From Octopus sinensis (lineage: Eukaryota): a stretch of 64,000 nucleotides of DNA. Under the pieces are notes generated by a model that did not search any database, had not been told where the DNA came from, and worked only from the letters and a program-made list of their open reading frames with translations. A program made the translations under genes and the position numbers. Below are positions 26,469 through 39,242 of the stretch, piece after piece; within the stretch, counting starts at the first letter, position 1, and each line of letters begins with the position of its first letter. The stretch is taken from NCBI RefSeq assembly GCF_006345805.1, contig NC_043009.1, forward strand, positions 15,190,001 to 15,254,000. Reading direction: 5' to 3'.

Positions 26469-29062
26469 ACATATTTATATATTAACTGTTAACGACATAT
26501 CAGGATTACATTGATGACAAATATATCAATTTTTCATCGATTTATGACCTTGTACTCCCTCGATGCAAGTTGCAAAGCTATATGATATTGTCATCACTTT
26601 ACGAAAACATTGTGATTATCGTTATAGGGTGCATTGGAAGTTATCTCATATTTTTTATAAGGCTTCGATTCTGTTAAATATAAGAACTTTTGTAGGATAT
26701 CTTTTAAAGTAAATGTAATATAAAGGAGTGGGGGTAATGTATTCGGATAGGTAAAAGAGTGTTTTATATTAAAAATATCATGAGTTGAGGGTTGAAATCA
26801 ATGTTACCATCTACAGACGGAATTAAATGCATAGAAATTAAATTGTGAAATGAATTAACTCTACCATCCTGATCTTGAAACCCACAAATGGATCAACACT
26901 AGTGATTCAGAATGTTCCGCATACATATTTCATTGTAGAGAAAGAAGAATAGTTTTCTTGATATTTGCAATTTCTCTAAGAATTTTATATATGATTAATA
27001 CTGATCATACAATGTTGTGGTTCTAGCGAAGTAACATCCCGTACACTGTTCAGAGGTAGATATGAAGAAAGTACTGATCATGGTAAATCTGTAGAATTGG
27101 GAATCAAGTAGTATTTACGTGTGTATCTCTAATACGAGATATCTTTATAGTAATTATAGAACAAGCATTGGTGATTTTATAAATGACACAACATGAATAG
27201 GTTATCCATTATCAGTCTCAGTTTGCATCCGATGGATTTTTAAAAATTAGTTTCTGAGGTTATACAAACGTTTTTAATGTAAATGAATATAGTTATGAAA
27301 ACATCTCAAATATTGACTATAAATACATCTAAGATATGGCGAGAAGTTCTTACTACCAAATGAATATGTGCACAGTGGTGTGTATCTTTATATAAAGAAA
27401 AAAGTTTTCAAAGATAGAGGGGAATTGAGACGAAAATTAGAAACATGGACGCATGAAGAGATATATAAAAGATCAAGAATGCAGAGAATTATTTGCCTTA
27501 AATTAACATGATGTTAATTTTCCGGATATACTTAGAAATCTCTCTTTTAGATTTAACTCATATTTTAAAAAACTTATTTTGATTAATTTTTGTTGACACT
27601 TAACTTTTGAGAAGGTTATAACACCATCTAAATGTCAAACACTTATTGAGATATAGATCAGCTACATTAGACTAAATATGATAATAACATCGATAATTAA
27701 TTTTTCATTATTCATGTGGTTTTAGATTTCCTAAGTATTGTTTTGCTTATAGTTTTCTATTATAATGGCAATGGAAAAAGAAATTCCAGTTGACATTTGC
27801 ATATTAAATACAGATGTGCAACTAATGTTATTTGATTGGTTCATATATCAATAAGGATACAAACTTTAATTAAGCACTTTAGCTGATGTATATCACACCG
27901 TTGCAACGGTTAATTTACCCTCATGGCAATAACAACACCGATTAGTTTAAGGCACATTGTAACTTGAATTAGTTTTATATATTAATAATAGTTTGTCATT
28001 TATCTTTCGATATATCTACAATGATATTTACAACCAACAAAACTTTTTGGCATAATGAACCATGGGTAAAAGGATTTAATTGATTCTTGTTAGACATTAT
28101 CGGATTTTTTTAATCCTTCCTTCACAAAGAAGCTGTTAGCATTAAGGAAACATTTTAACTGTCGCTAGTCAAGCCACTAAACCAAACTAGTATTTGTATA
28201 CTATAAACATTATTTTACTGTGTAACTGCATTACTGGAATAAATGAACAACGATTTTTTTTAGTATCCTGGTCTATCTCCAATCGTGATGCCTCATCCAA
28301 ACTAAAGATGCTAATTTCAGACACAGAGACTTAAGAGCAAAATTTTTGTTGCATCTCCTGAACGTATGTTTAATATAAAATAAATTTGATTAGCATTTGT
28401 ACGCTTTTTAAATATTTTTAAACTTGCAAGTGTTTCAAATATAATTGATCCCTGAAATTGTTCGAGTCATCTAAGAAGAAAGATTCTTCATTGCAACGTT
28501 GCAATATTATTAGAGGTTACGTTGTGCGTGGAGTGCGAAAATAAAGTAAACTCATCATTATATCCTTTAATTAAAAACTATTAAATTAACTTTGCATATG
28601 AAGCAAGAACAAAATATCTGCAACAATAAGACATAGTGTATGATCACGTCAATGATAAAGATGAGAAGCTTGTATGACTAGTAATTATCCCATGTAATTC
28701 TCAAATTCATATTCATTGATAAATTTCACGCTACCATCGAGATAAAATACTATATTCTCAATATAATTGATTTGTCGTAGCACGATGGATAATCATTTCA
28801 TGAAATTAAGGAGTCTTAGAAATCAATAAACTTTTTTTAACCGTAGCTGATTTCTTTGCTTATATATTTATACGTGATAGAAAACGTAAACATATGGGAT
28901 GTTATTAAGTAAATAAATGTCACGCATTCGCCGTGTGCTAATTAAATAGGGGATCATAAGACGTTTCCCAAGTGGCAGATAAAACAAACAACTTACAATA
29001 GATAACATTTCGAAAATATCATAAATAGTGTTCTCATATATTATCAGGATATTTATGTACGT

Positions 29063-29289
29063 CGACGAGCTGGCAGAAACGTTAGCACGCCGGGCGAAAT
29101 GAGAAGCCGTATTTCGTCTGCCGTTACGTTCTGAGTTCAAATTCCACCAAGGTCGAATTTGTCTTTCATCGTTTCGGGGTCGATACATTAAGTACCAGTT
29201 ACGCACTGAGGTCGATATAATCGACTTAATCCGTTTGTCTGTCCTTGTTTGTCCCCTCTATGTTTAGCCCCTTGTGGGTAATAAAGAAA
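29063..29289 (+). mobile_element. tRNA-derived SINE, abundant family, full length
   Basis: High identity to the other copies. Confidence 0.9.
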
Positions 29290-29415
29290 CATATGTACGA
29301 AGATCATTCATATACAAAGCAACGTGAATCTAAGGATAAGGACTGAAGCAGCTTTTCATCTTTTAATTACACACACTCACTCACACACACATACACACAC
29401 ATACACATACACACA

Positions 29416-29570
29416 TATATATGCGATGGGCTTCTTTTAATTTCCGTCTACCAAATCTACTCACAAGGCTTTGGTCGGCCCGAGGCTATGACAGTAGGCA
29501 CTTGCCCAAGGTGCCCGCAGAAGCATGTGGTTGGAAAACAAGCTTCTTACCACAGAGACACACCTGCGCT
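29416..29570 (-). mobile_element. tRNA-derived SINE with CORE-like segment, internally deleted
   Basis: Homologous to 58145-58317. Confidence 0.8.
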
Positions 29571-29579
29571 TATATATGC

Positions 29580-29584
29580 ATATG

Positions 29585-29652
<68 letters not shown>

Positions 29653-29660
29653 TATATATA

Positions 29661-29735
<75 letters not shown>

Positions 29736-29799
29736 TATATAATATATATATATATATCTATATATATATATATATATATCTATATATATATATATATAA

Positions 29800-29864
<65 letters not shown>

Positions 29865-29878
29865 TGTATGTATGTATG
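29580..29878. repeat. (TA)n/(TATG)n microsatellite
   Basis: Read directly from the sequence. Confidence 0.95.
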
Positions 29879-30099
29879 TCGGGAAGAGGTTACCTACTGC
29901 GTTTTTGTTAATGGCTTAATATAAGTACATAAAACTTGACAGTCTTAAATTGACCATGCGTATTGAAATATTCTGGGTTAGGATAGAACCAAATAAGGTT
30001 TATTGTTTAGCAGAAAGGTTATATTGAGGATGCGATGGGTAGATTGTTGCCATATTATATTTTTATTTCATGCATGCGTATTGTTTCTTCTTGATTTTG

Positions 30100-31030
30100 T
30101 AGACCACACAGTATAGCAGGTGGGCACCGTCTGTGAGAAAAACAGCACAACGGCCCAATTCCCTCTGCCAGAAATTTGGAAACGACATACTGTACTGCTT
30201 AGCATTCTCACCGGAAGCAACAATTCGAACATTTCAGATAGTTTGGGTGTCAATCTGACGAAACTGCAGAGGATTCGGAAAGTGAGGGATGAGTCTATTG
30301 GCGATTACGAAGGCACGGCAGGTCGTAAATCTCATTCTGATCGTACTGATAAGAAAACAACTCCTGAATTTGTTGGTGATGTGCAGTCCAAGACTGATAA
30401 CGATCCCTGCAAGTCAATCTGGTCAATCACCAGGGACATGGCAGTGTCTGAGTTTCTTATCAGGGAGGTAGTGCATCATGACATTCGGTATTCCTCACAC
30501 AAGAGGAGAAAGTCCAATTTGTATCTCAAGCCATCAAGGAAAAGCAAAAGACAGCGCCACGAAGCTTTTCCACATACTCAAGCATCCCCTCCAAATGAAA
30601 ACGCTTTGGTGTTTCCCAGACAACAAAAATTTCTTGCAGGATATGATGGTGACCACATAGAACGACCGTTGGCTTGCCGTGTCCCCAAAACATGTACCGA
30701 GTGTGTTAAAAATCAAACATTCAGTCAACACCATGGTGTTTGGAGTGATCACTAGTGATGGCGATGTTATACCTCCATTCATCTTCCCACACGAACTCGG
30801 ACTCAACACGGAAGCCTACATCAAGTGTCTGGAGGAAGTAGTACCAACCTGGGTTAAGAGAGTGTCTGTTGGAAAATCTCCCATATCTCGCAACAAGACT
30901 CTGCACCATCACACACAGGTACGGGAACCCAGTCATTGCTGTCAGAGAATTTCTGCGACAATATCAACCCTAATATCTGGCCACCTAACTCCCCAGACTG
31001 CAACCAGCTTGATTATTTTGTGGGGCACAT
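30100..31030 (+). pseudogene. Tc1/mariner superfamily transposase pseudogene, maT/DD37D-like
   Basis: Frameshifted ORFs give LWCFPDNKNF, NDRWLAVSP, MVFGVITSDGDVIPPFIFP, LNTEAYIKCLEEVV and a decayed WPPNSPDCNQLDY (D..D third catalytic motif). Confidence 0.85.
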
Positions 31031-31039
31031 GTGACCGAG

Positions 31040-31260
31040 TAGCTGCGGTGAGTGAGAAAAATATTGGTTTCAAACTGAACGCCAGAAACATGATTTCAAC
31101 AATAAACTCGCGTGCAGTCACAGTAGTTTAGTATGGTGCTGGACTCCTGAAGTAGAGACAGGAGGAGCTAAAGGCGATGGACAGGAAATCAAGAAAGGTC
31201 ACAACGATGCATGGAGCCCATCATCCACGTGCAGACATTGATCACCACTGGAATATGCAA
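31040..31260 (+). mobile_element. R4/Dong-like LINE fragment (post-RT region)
   Basis: INSRAVTVV*YGAG...EELKAMDRKSRKVTTMHGAHHPRADID. Confidence 0.75.
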
Positions 31261-31404
31261 AAACTAAAAGTTCATATACTAGGACACAACGACTTCCTAA
31301 GCAGACCAAGTGCAGATATGAATAGCATATGGGAACGGGTATTAAGGAAGGATAGGAAAATATTAGACTTATAAGCCCTAAAATTCACTTCATAATTGCC
31401 TAAG

Positions 31405-31630
31405 TGGATATGGCGTAGTGGTTAAGAGTGAGGGCTACTAACCCCGAGATTCCGAGTTCCAGTAAGCAGTGACCTGAATAATAATAATAATAATAATAAT
31501 AACAACAACATCGAAATGCGAACCTAGGTATATCAGCCGAAACGTTGTGTTAACAACAAACAAGACGAGGATAAATATCCGTGAAATGTAAATAATGTAC
31601 ACAATTCCCCATCTCTTAAATATAGAGCTG
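31405..31630 (+). mobile_element. tRNA-headed SINE with internal (AAT)n and 3' half of a hammerhead motif
   Basis: A box TGGCGTAGTGG (31411-31421), then (AAT)n, then GGTATATCAGCCGAAACGTTGTGTT and a tail shared with 58455-58777. Confidence 0.8.
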
Positions 31631-32764
31631 AATAAAATAATTATATGCAATAAGTTATATGTTCTTCTATTTCTATTCATTCTTTAAAAGAAAATATTCT
31701 TCACAAAAGATGGATATTCTTGGAAACCATTGTATCCGCCTGAACAGAAGATCTTTCGCCCACCGTCGCTGCCTCAGTATATACACAAGCACTGGCGATG
31801 TTGTCTGTATGTTTTAGCCTCTGGAAATATATAAATGCCAAAATGGTCTTGTGTATTGAAATGCAAAAAGATGAATACTTGTTATATTTTAGATGTTCTT
31901 TGTATTATTTTTGTGCATTTAAAGAAATTTATCGACTAAACATTACTTCTTAATATTTCACATTTGAATTTTATTTAATGCAATATCGTTGATTAATATT
32001 GGTGGAAGAATATAAAAAATATAAAAATCGGAAAACTTCACATAAGTATTTACCTTTAGAAATGGAATTGTTTAAGTCGATATTCTTTTACAAAAGAAAC
32101 CACTTAACAATATTATGACATGCTAGAATTAATGAATGGGACGATTATGTTTCGTGTTAAAAATCGATCAAAGACTTGATTCGTTACAAACAATTTACCA
32201 TTGTCGTAAAAACTAAGAACATGAATGTGATAATGATAATAATAACGGCCTAAAATATTATTATCCTAATGATGATGATTATGTTGCTGCTGCCGCTGGT
32301 GCTGCTGCTACTTCGATAATTACTACTTGGTCTAAAAGGAAATGAACTATATACATTCACTACCATCAGTCCAAAAAGTTTGAGATGTAGCGCAAAATTC
32401 ATAAAACAGAGGAATATTATAAGGACAGAGATAGACAACAAGGAAATTGCTGACAACATACAGCTTTAGGCTCAGAGATAGATATTGAAAGGTCGTGTCG
32501 ATATTCACAGGACGGAAGAAGAGACGTGATATGTGTAGGTGTTCGTTTGGAAGAGAGTTAAAGGAGAAAACTTGTCGACAGTGATGAAAAGCATTTGATG
32601 ATGGAATGAAGTGAGATATTAGCTGCAGGAAGGAAAGCAGTGAAATTCTCGAATTCTCGAAGCTAAAAAGCAAAATATCGAACAGAAATATTTACACTGG
32701 AAGATATTTCAACGTGCTGAATATATAGACATCAGAAATCATTTCAGGTGATAGCAGATGAGGT

Positions 32765-33000
32765 TTCAAAGACAGACAGACAGACAGACAGATGGAGGGA
32801 GGGAGGGAGGGAGAGAAAGAGAGAGAGAGAAGAAGAAGAAAAGGAAAGAGGAGGAGGAGGACAAGAAGAGAAGAAGAAGAAAGAAGAAGAAGAAGAAGAA
32901 GAAAAAGAGAAGAAGAAGAAGAAGAAGAAGAAGAAGAAGAAGAAGAAGAAAAGAAGAAGAAAAGAAGAAGAAGAAGAAGAAGAAGAAGAAAGAGGGATAG
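32765..33000. repeat. Composite (GACA)n/(GGGA)n/(GA)n/(GAA)n purine tract
   Basis: Read directly from the sequence. Confidence 0.95.
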
Positions 33001-33359
33001 AGAAAGACAGAGTGTCGTGTGGACGCCCCCAAATGATGAAGTAGGCTAGCCCGATACGTAGATATAAAAAGAGAAAAGTCTAGACGTCGGAGTTGAGTAG
33101 AGTTGAGTAGAGGACATTCGAACGTGCGACATAATACAGATATAGGATGGTAGTGAGACAGAGCGAAAACAGACGGAGCGCAACCCTAAATGATCCTCTG
33201 TCGATCGGTTCCTACTTTGTCTGGGGTAACTTATCCATGCTGCTATTTTCCCTCTTCTCCTTCATAAAATATCTGTTCTGGTGACTCGAATGGATTTCCT
33301 TGTGATGCGAATCTTAGTAAACGGAGGAATCTGTAGCAGAAGGAAGGGTTACGTGTGCG

Positions 33360-33860
33360 TAAATGAATTTGTTTCTTTCAGTGTGGATAACACGTAGGTT
33401 AAAGTGAACACTACACCGACTTCCTCGGTCGATGTGGAGTTCGCAGTACATTTTCTTCGGTGTATATTATTGGTGTCCACTGCAGATGTCGTTGAATATC
33501 TGTCTTCCTTTTGTTTTGGTGCTGCTGCACTTGTTACTACTGAAGCTGGTGCAGCATTCGGTGTAGCAGCATCTACTGTTGATGTTTTTATTACCGAAAT
33601 ATCTTTTGTGATGAAGGCGTCAAAACTAAAGAGGTTTTTGTTTTAGTTCCCGAGAGCAGAAAGTACTTAGGTGGTTTGGATTCACACACAAATGACATCT
33701 CTTCCATCTGCTCTCAACTGGTATGAAAATCTTGAAACCATTATTGAGTTTGATCAAACCAAGAATGTTTTCTGTTTTATGCCCAGAAATAACGAGAACA
33801 AACATTTATACAACGCAATGACTGCAAATTTTGATACAATCCAGGTGTCTTAAATATTTC
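33360..33860 (-). pseudogene. LINE ORF1 (gag-like) remnant with CCHC zinc knuckle
   Basis: The minus strand encodes ...IPVESRWKRCHLCVNPNHLSTFC (C-X2-C-X4-H-X4-C, 33656-33697), followed after a frameshift by a Ser/Thr/Ala-rich stretch. Confidence 0.6.
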
Positions 33861-34300
33861 AATTATAATAATTATTACCTACGACATTTATATCAAAATT
33901 TAAAGGAAAAGGAACCAAATCCCAAACGTAAGATCATATCTGTGGACGCAAAACAGAGGGCTATATGGATGTTAGAGTCTTGTGAGTAGATGTCAAATGT
34001 TCGTGAAGATTACAGTATTTCAAAAGGAACCGTTTTAAATATACATTAGTCTAATTATGAAATCATTGTTGCTGTGCATATCATGTACATTTATGTGTGT
34101 TTGCGTGTGTGTGAAAGTTGACGTGTGTACATACATATTTATATATACATATATATATGTGTATGCATACATATACATGTATATATCTATATATATGTAT
34201 ATGTATATATATATGTGTGTGTGTGTGTAGATGTATATACATTTATACATACATACATACGTACATACACATGTATGCATATATTTATGTATGGATGCAT

Positions 34301-34342
<42 letters not shown>

Positions 34343-34808
34343 TTACAGACACACACACACACACAATAAAACACACCATCAGGCACAAACTCACACACTC
34401 ACACATGCATACACACACACGCACACACACACAAGCTGGATTAATTCTGCAGGTCATCTAATTCAGTTTATATTATCGATTAGAGCTCTACCGTCAATTT
34501 AGACAGTTGTGAGTCGCCAACTTCGACTAAATCAGAATTATATTTCCACTAATTCACAATGACAACTTATAGCCTGAAGAATCTACGCACCCTAGCTCTA
34601 TTACACCTATTTACCTGTTCATCTCAAGTAAATAAAATTAAATAACTGCATTAAGATTTTAATTTTTGTACGTTGTTGTGCTTTTAAATAATTTATGAGA
34701 AAAGTATTTCTATATGTATTTCATGGGTAACTGATGCATAATCTCTCTCTGTCTCTATCTCCATACATACACACACACATACACACACACATATATATAT
34801 ATATATAG

Positions 34809-34841
<33 letters not shown>

Positions 34842-34864
34842 TATTATTATTATTATTATTATTA

Positions 34865-34897
<33 letters not shown>

Positions 34898-35495
34898 TGT
34901 TTCTCATGCTCAGAGTATTTCTTTAAATTTGTAAATTCCGAATTTAAATATAAGAGTCCAGTATATTTTGAGATTACTTCTATTTCATATTCATGTTTCT
35001 GCATTAAACTTCATGACTTGCCACCCTCTAGGATGATTATTTGATTTCGAAGTTTTATTCCTACATGCTCAGTGTACAGTGCGTACATTCCCAATATCCC
35101 ACACAGAGCAAATGTATCGAAGTTACAACCTGGTGCACACTTCCCGAATTAACGATTTCTTTTCGAGCATAGAGACAAAAAAAACAAGAAAATAGAGAAA
35201 ATTAGACGAGATAAAAATGATTCGATCTGAAACAGAAAAAGAGTTGGAAAAAGTGTTGCACAGCATTTTCTAACAGGCTTTAAGAAGTATAGATATACAT
35301 ATATACTTACACACAAACGCACATACATACACACATACACACACATGTACATACACACACACATACATATATATATATATACACATACATATACTTTTAT
35401 ACATCAATATCAATATATAATTATATATATTTATATATATATTGATAGATATACATACATTTAAATAAATAAGTATATATATATATATATATATA

Positions 35496-35604
35496 TCCCC
35501 GTCACCAGGCTATCAGATGTTGATACACATCGCTGGTCACAATGCGCTTCGCATTGTTTTAGCCTTCAAATGACGCCAACCCGCTGGCTAAGGGAGCAGG
35601 TCAA
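35496..35604 (-). mobile_element. ~110-bp SINE tail-B-only element flanked by (TA)n
   Basis: Near-identical to 8086-8198, with the same end points. Confidence 0.85.
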
Positions 35605-35797
35605 TATATATATATACATATACATAAAATTTAGACTATGCTGAACTCTTAATATATATATATGTTGATAAAAACGGTAAGACAACAAAAGAAGGAAAGA
35701 GAGCTCGAAATATGTAAATAGAGTAATTTATCTGTAAAAGTAATATGAGACACTTATTCGGTAGCCATGAAAAAACTCCGAGTGTTTCCGATGGCCG

Positions 35798-35858
35798 GAT
35801 AACTGAAGAGATGGCGGCGTGGATTTTCACCTCGGCATCCGAAACTCGGAGTTTTATC
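35798..35858 (+). ncRNA. Type I hammerhead ribozyme (minimal stem III, Penelope-type)
   Basis: Stem I GATAA/TTATC; CTGAAGA 35803-35809; stem II closed by G35810-C35840 (about 10 bp, GATTTT loop); GAAAC 35841-35845; stem III AC-TCGGA-GT; cleavage triplet GTT 35851-35853. All invariant core residues are present. Folded by eye only. Confidence 0.7.
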
Positions 35859-35918
35859 ATGGCTACCGAATAATTTACAGATATATATATATATATATAT
35901 ATTTTATTATATAGAAGG

Positions 35919-35969
35919 AGCTTCTACAGGACTAGTACTGTTTCATTCAAGAGAAATCTTCAGGAAGCT
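35919..35969 (-). ncRNA. Degenerate hammerhead-like motif, left palindrome arm
   Basis: Reverse complement of 39002-39052. Confidence 0.4.
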
Positions 35970-36319
35970 ATTTAACAAGAATTGTATTAGCATTTATACA
36001 TTTAGGCAGGTTTAAAGGAGTGGTGGTGGGGGACTTTTTTGGGGGTAGGCATAGCGCAAAATATCATACTTGGGGGAGTGGTCAAGGAGTCAGTGGTAAG
36101 TTAGATGAAAGAATAGATAAATAAAAAAATAAAAATAAAAAATAAAAAATAAAAAAAAAATAAAAAATAAAAAATAAAAAATAAAAAATAAAAAATAAAA
36201 AAAATAAAAAAAATAAAAAAATAAAAAAATAAAATGTGTGCACATACTTACATAAACACATATACATACACACACACATACGTACACATGTGTGCCTATA
36301 CATACCTACACATACACAC

Positions 36320-36376
<57 letters not shown>

Positions 36377-36698
36377 ATCAAATACAGGCCCATTCCCTAA
36401 TTTTAATTTTATTATCTTCATTTATTACTTTTGTTATCTTTGATCGCTAGGGCTAAGGATCCTGGCGATGGCAGCATGTCCAATTGTCTGTCTACTAGAA
36501 GGCAAGTACTCGTTCCCGCACGCACACTCATTAGCACGTACATACACCCATTCGTACACTCATACACATACACGTACGCACGCGTTATATTCATACATAC
36601 AAACATCTACATACGTTCACGTATATACACATACGTACTCGTACATACAGATTCATGTCTACACTTTAGGAGGCTAGTCTATATATATACACCAATAA

Positions 36699-36751
<53 letters not shown>

Positions 36752-36847
36752 TACACACACACACACACATATATATACTCCTACATACAGATACATACCC
36801 ATATATATATACATATACACACACATACATATATATATATATAATAT

Positions 36848-36890
<43 letters not shown>

Positions 36891-37104
36891 CATACACACA
36901 CACACATATATATACACACACATACATACACATATATATATACATACACAAACATATATACACACATATATATATATACATATATACACACATACATACA
37001 CACACCTACATACATATACACACAAACACATACATACGTAAACATACATACATACATCCATACATCCATACTTACATGCATTTATACGCATACATACACC
37101 CCCA

Positions 37105-37173
<69 letters not shown>

Positions 37174-38081
37174 TCACACATACATATACAAATATACGCC
37201 CACACATACATACATACACGTATACGCATACACGCACATACACATATACATGCGTACCCATACACGTGCACACACGCACATGCATCCATATATATACACA
37301 CACACACACACATATATACACGTGTGCAAGCATACATACATACTCATACACGCACACATACTTACCTATACATATATGCACACACTTACACACATATATA
37401 CATACACATATACATGCATACATACATATATGCATACATACACATACACGCACATACACATATACACATGCGTACCCATACACGTGCACGCACGCACGCG
37501 CATCCATATATATACACACACACACATATATATACACGTGTGCAAGCATACATACATACTCATACACGCGCACATACTTACATATACATATATGCACACA
37601 CTTACACACATATATACATACACATATACATGCATACATACATATATGCATGCATATATGTATATATGTGTGTGTGTGTGTATATATATGGATGCATGTG
37701 CGTGTGTGCACGTGTATGGGTACGCATGTATATGTGTATGTGCGTGTATGCGTATACGTGTATGTATGTATGTGTGGGCGTATATTTGTATATGTATGTG
37801 TGAGTGTGTATATATATATATTATATATATATATAATATATATATATATAATATATATATATATATAGATGGGGGTGTATGTATGCGTATAAATGCATGT
37901 AAGTATGGATGTATGGATGTATGTATGTATGTTTACGTATGTATGTGTTTGTGTGTATATGTATGTAGGTGTGTGTATGTATGTGTGTATATATGTATAT
38001 ATATATATGTGTGTATATATGTTTGTGTATGTATATATATGTGTATGTATGTGTGTGTATATATATGTGTGTGTGTGTATG

Positions 38082-38154
<73 letters not shown>

Positions 38155-38217
38155 ATATGTATATATATATGGGTATGTATCTGTATGTAGGAGTATATAT
38201 ATGTGTGTGTGTGTGTA

Positions 38218-38268
<51 letters not shown>

Positions 38269-38602
38269 TTATTGGTGTATATATATAGACTAGCCTCCTA
38301 AAGTGTAGACATGAATCTGTAGGTACGAGTACGTATGTGTATATACGTGAACGTATGTAGATGTTTGTATGTATGAATATAACGCGTGCGTACGTGTATG
38401 TGTATGAGTGTACGAATGGGTGTATGTACGTGCTAATGAGTGTGCGTGCGGGAACGAGTACTTGCCTTCTAGTAGACAGACAATTGGACATGCTGCCATC
38501 GCCAGGATCCTTAGCCCTAGCGATCAAAGATAACAAAAGTAATAAATGAAGATAATAAAATTAAAATTAGGGAATGGGCCTGTATTTGATTGTGTATATA
38601 TA

Positions 38603-38685
<83 letters not shown>

Positions 38686-39001
38686 GTGTATGTGTAGGTA
38701 TGTATAGGCACACATGTGTACGTATGTGTGTGTGTATGTATATGTGTTTATGTAAGTATGTGCACACATTTTATTTTTTTATTTTTTTATATTTTTTTTA
38801 TTTTTTTATTTTTTTTTTTATTTTTTTATTTTTTTATTTTATTTTTTTATTTATCTATTCTTTCATCTAACTTACCACTGACTCCTTGACCACTCCCCCA
38901 AGTATGATATTTTGCGCTATGCCTACCCCCAAAAAAGTCCCCCACCACCACTCCTTTAAACCTGCCTAAATGTATAAATGCTAATACAATTCTTGTTAAA
39001 T

Positions 39002-39052
39002 AGCTTCCTGAAGATTTCTCTTGAATGAAACAGTACTAGTCCTGTAGAAGCT
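39002..39052 (+). ncRNA. Degenerate hammerhead-like motif, right palindrome arm
   Basis: AGCTTC-CTGAAGA-TTTC TCTT GAAT-GAAAC-AGTACT A-GTC-CTGTA-GAAGCT. Core motifs are present, but there is U.U instead of G-C at the base of stem II and stem I is offset by 5 nt. Confidence 0.4.
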
Positions 39053-39135
39053 CCTTCTATATAATAAATTAATTTTACTCTGCTATGTATTGAGTACCTT
39101 ACTTACTGTGGTTAACCCCGGATCAACCCGGGACC

Positions 39136-39242
<107 letters not shown>

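Larger units (their letters stand above)
35903..39068. repeat. Giant inverted repeat: arms 35903-37320 and 37659-39068, 338-bp spacer
   Basis: Checked unique blocks (e.g. 36061-36120 and 36400-36480) are exact reverse complements of the right arm. One substitution seen (36645 vs 38322). Microsatellite lengths differ between arms. Confidence 0.95.

Noticed and set aside
36082-38870. Long ORFs of 135-476 aa in the ORF track (e.g. 37076-38293 +, 37106-38536 -)
   Set aside because: They are translations of TA/CA/TG microsatellites inside the palindrome (Y/I/H/T/C/V/M repeats) with no domain content.
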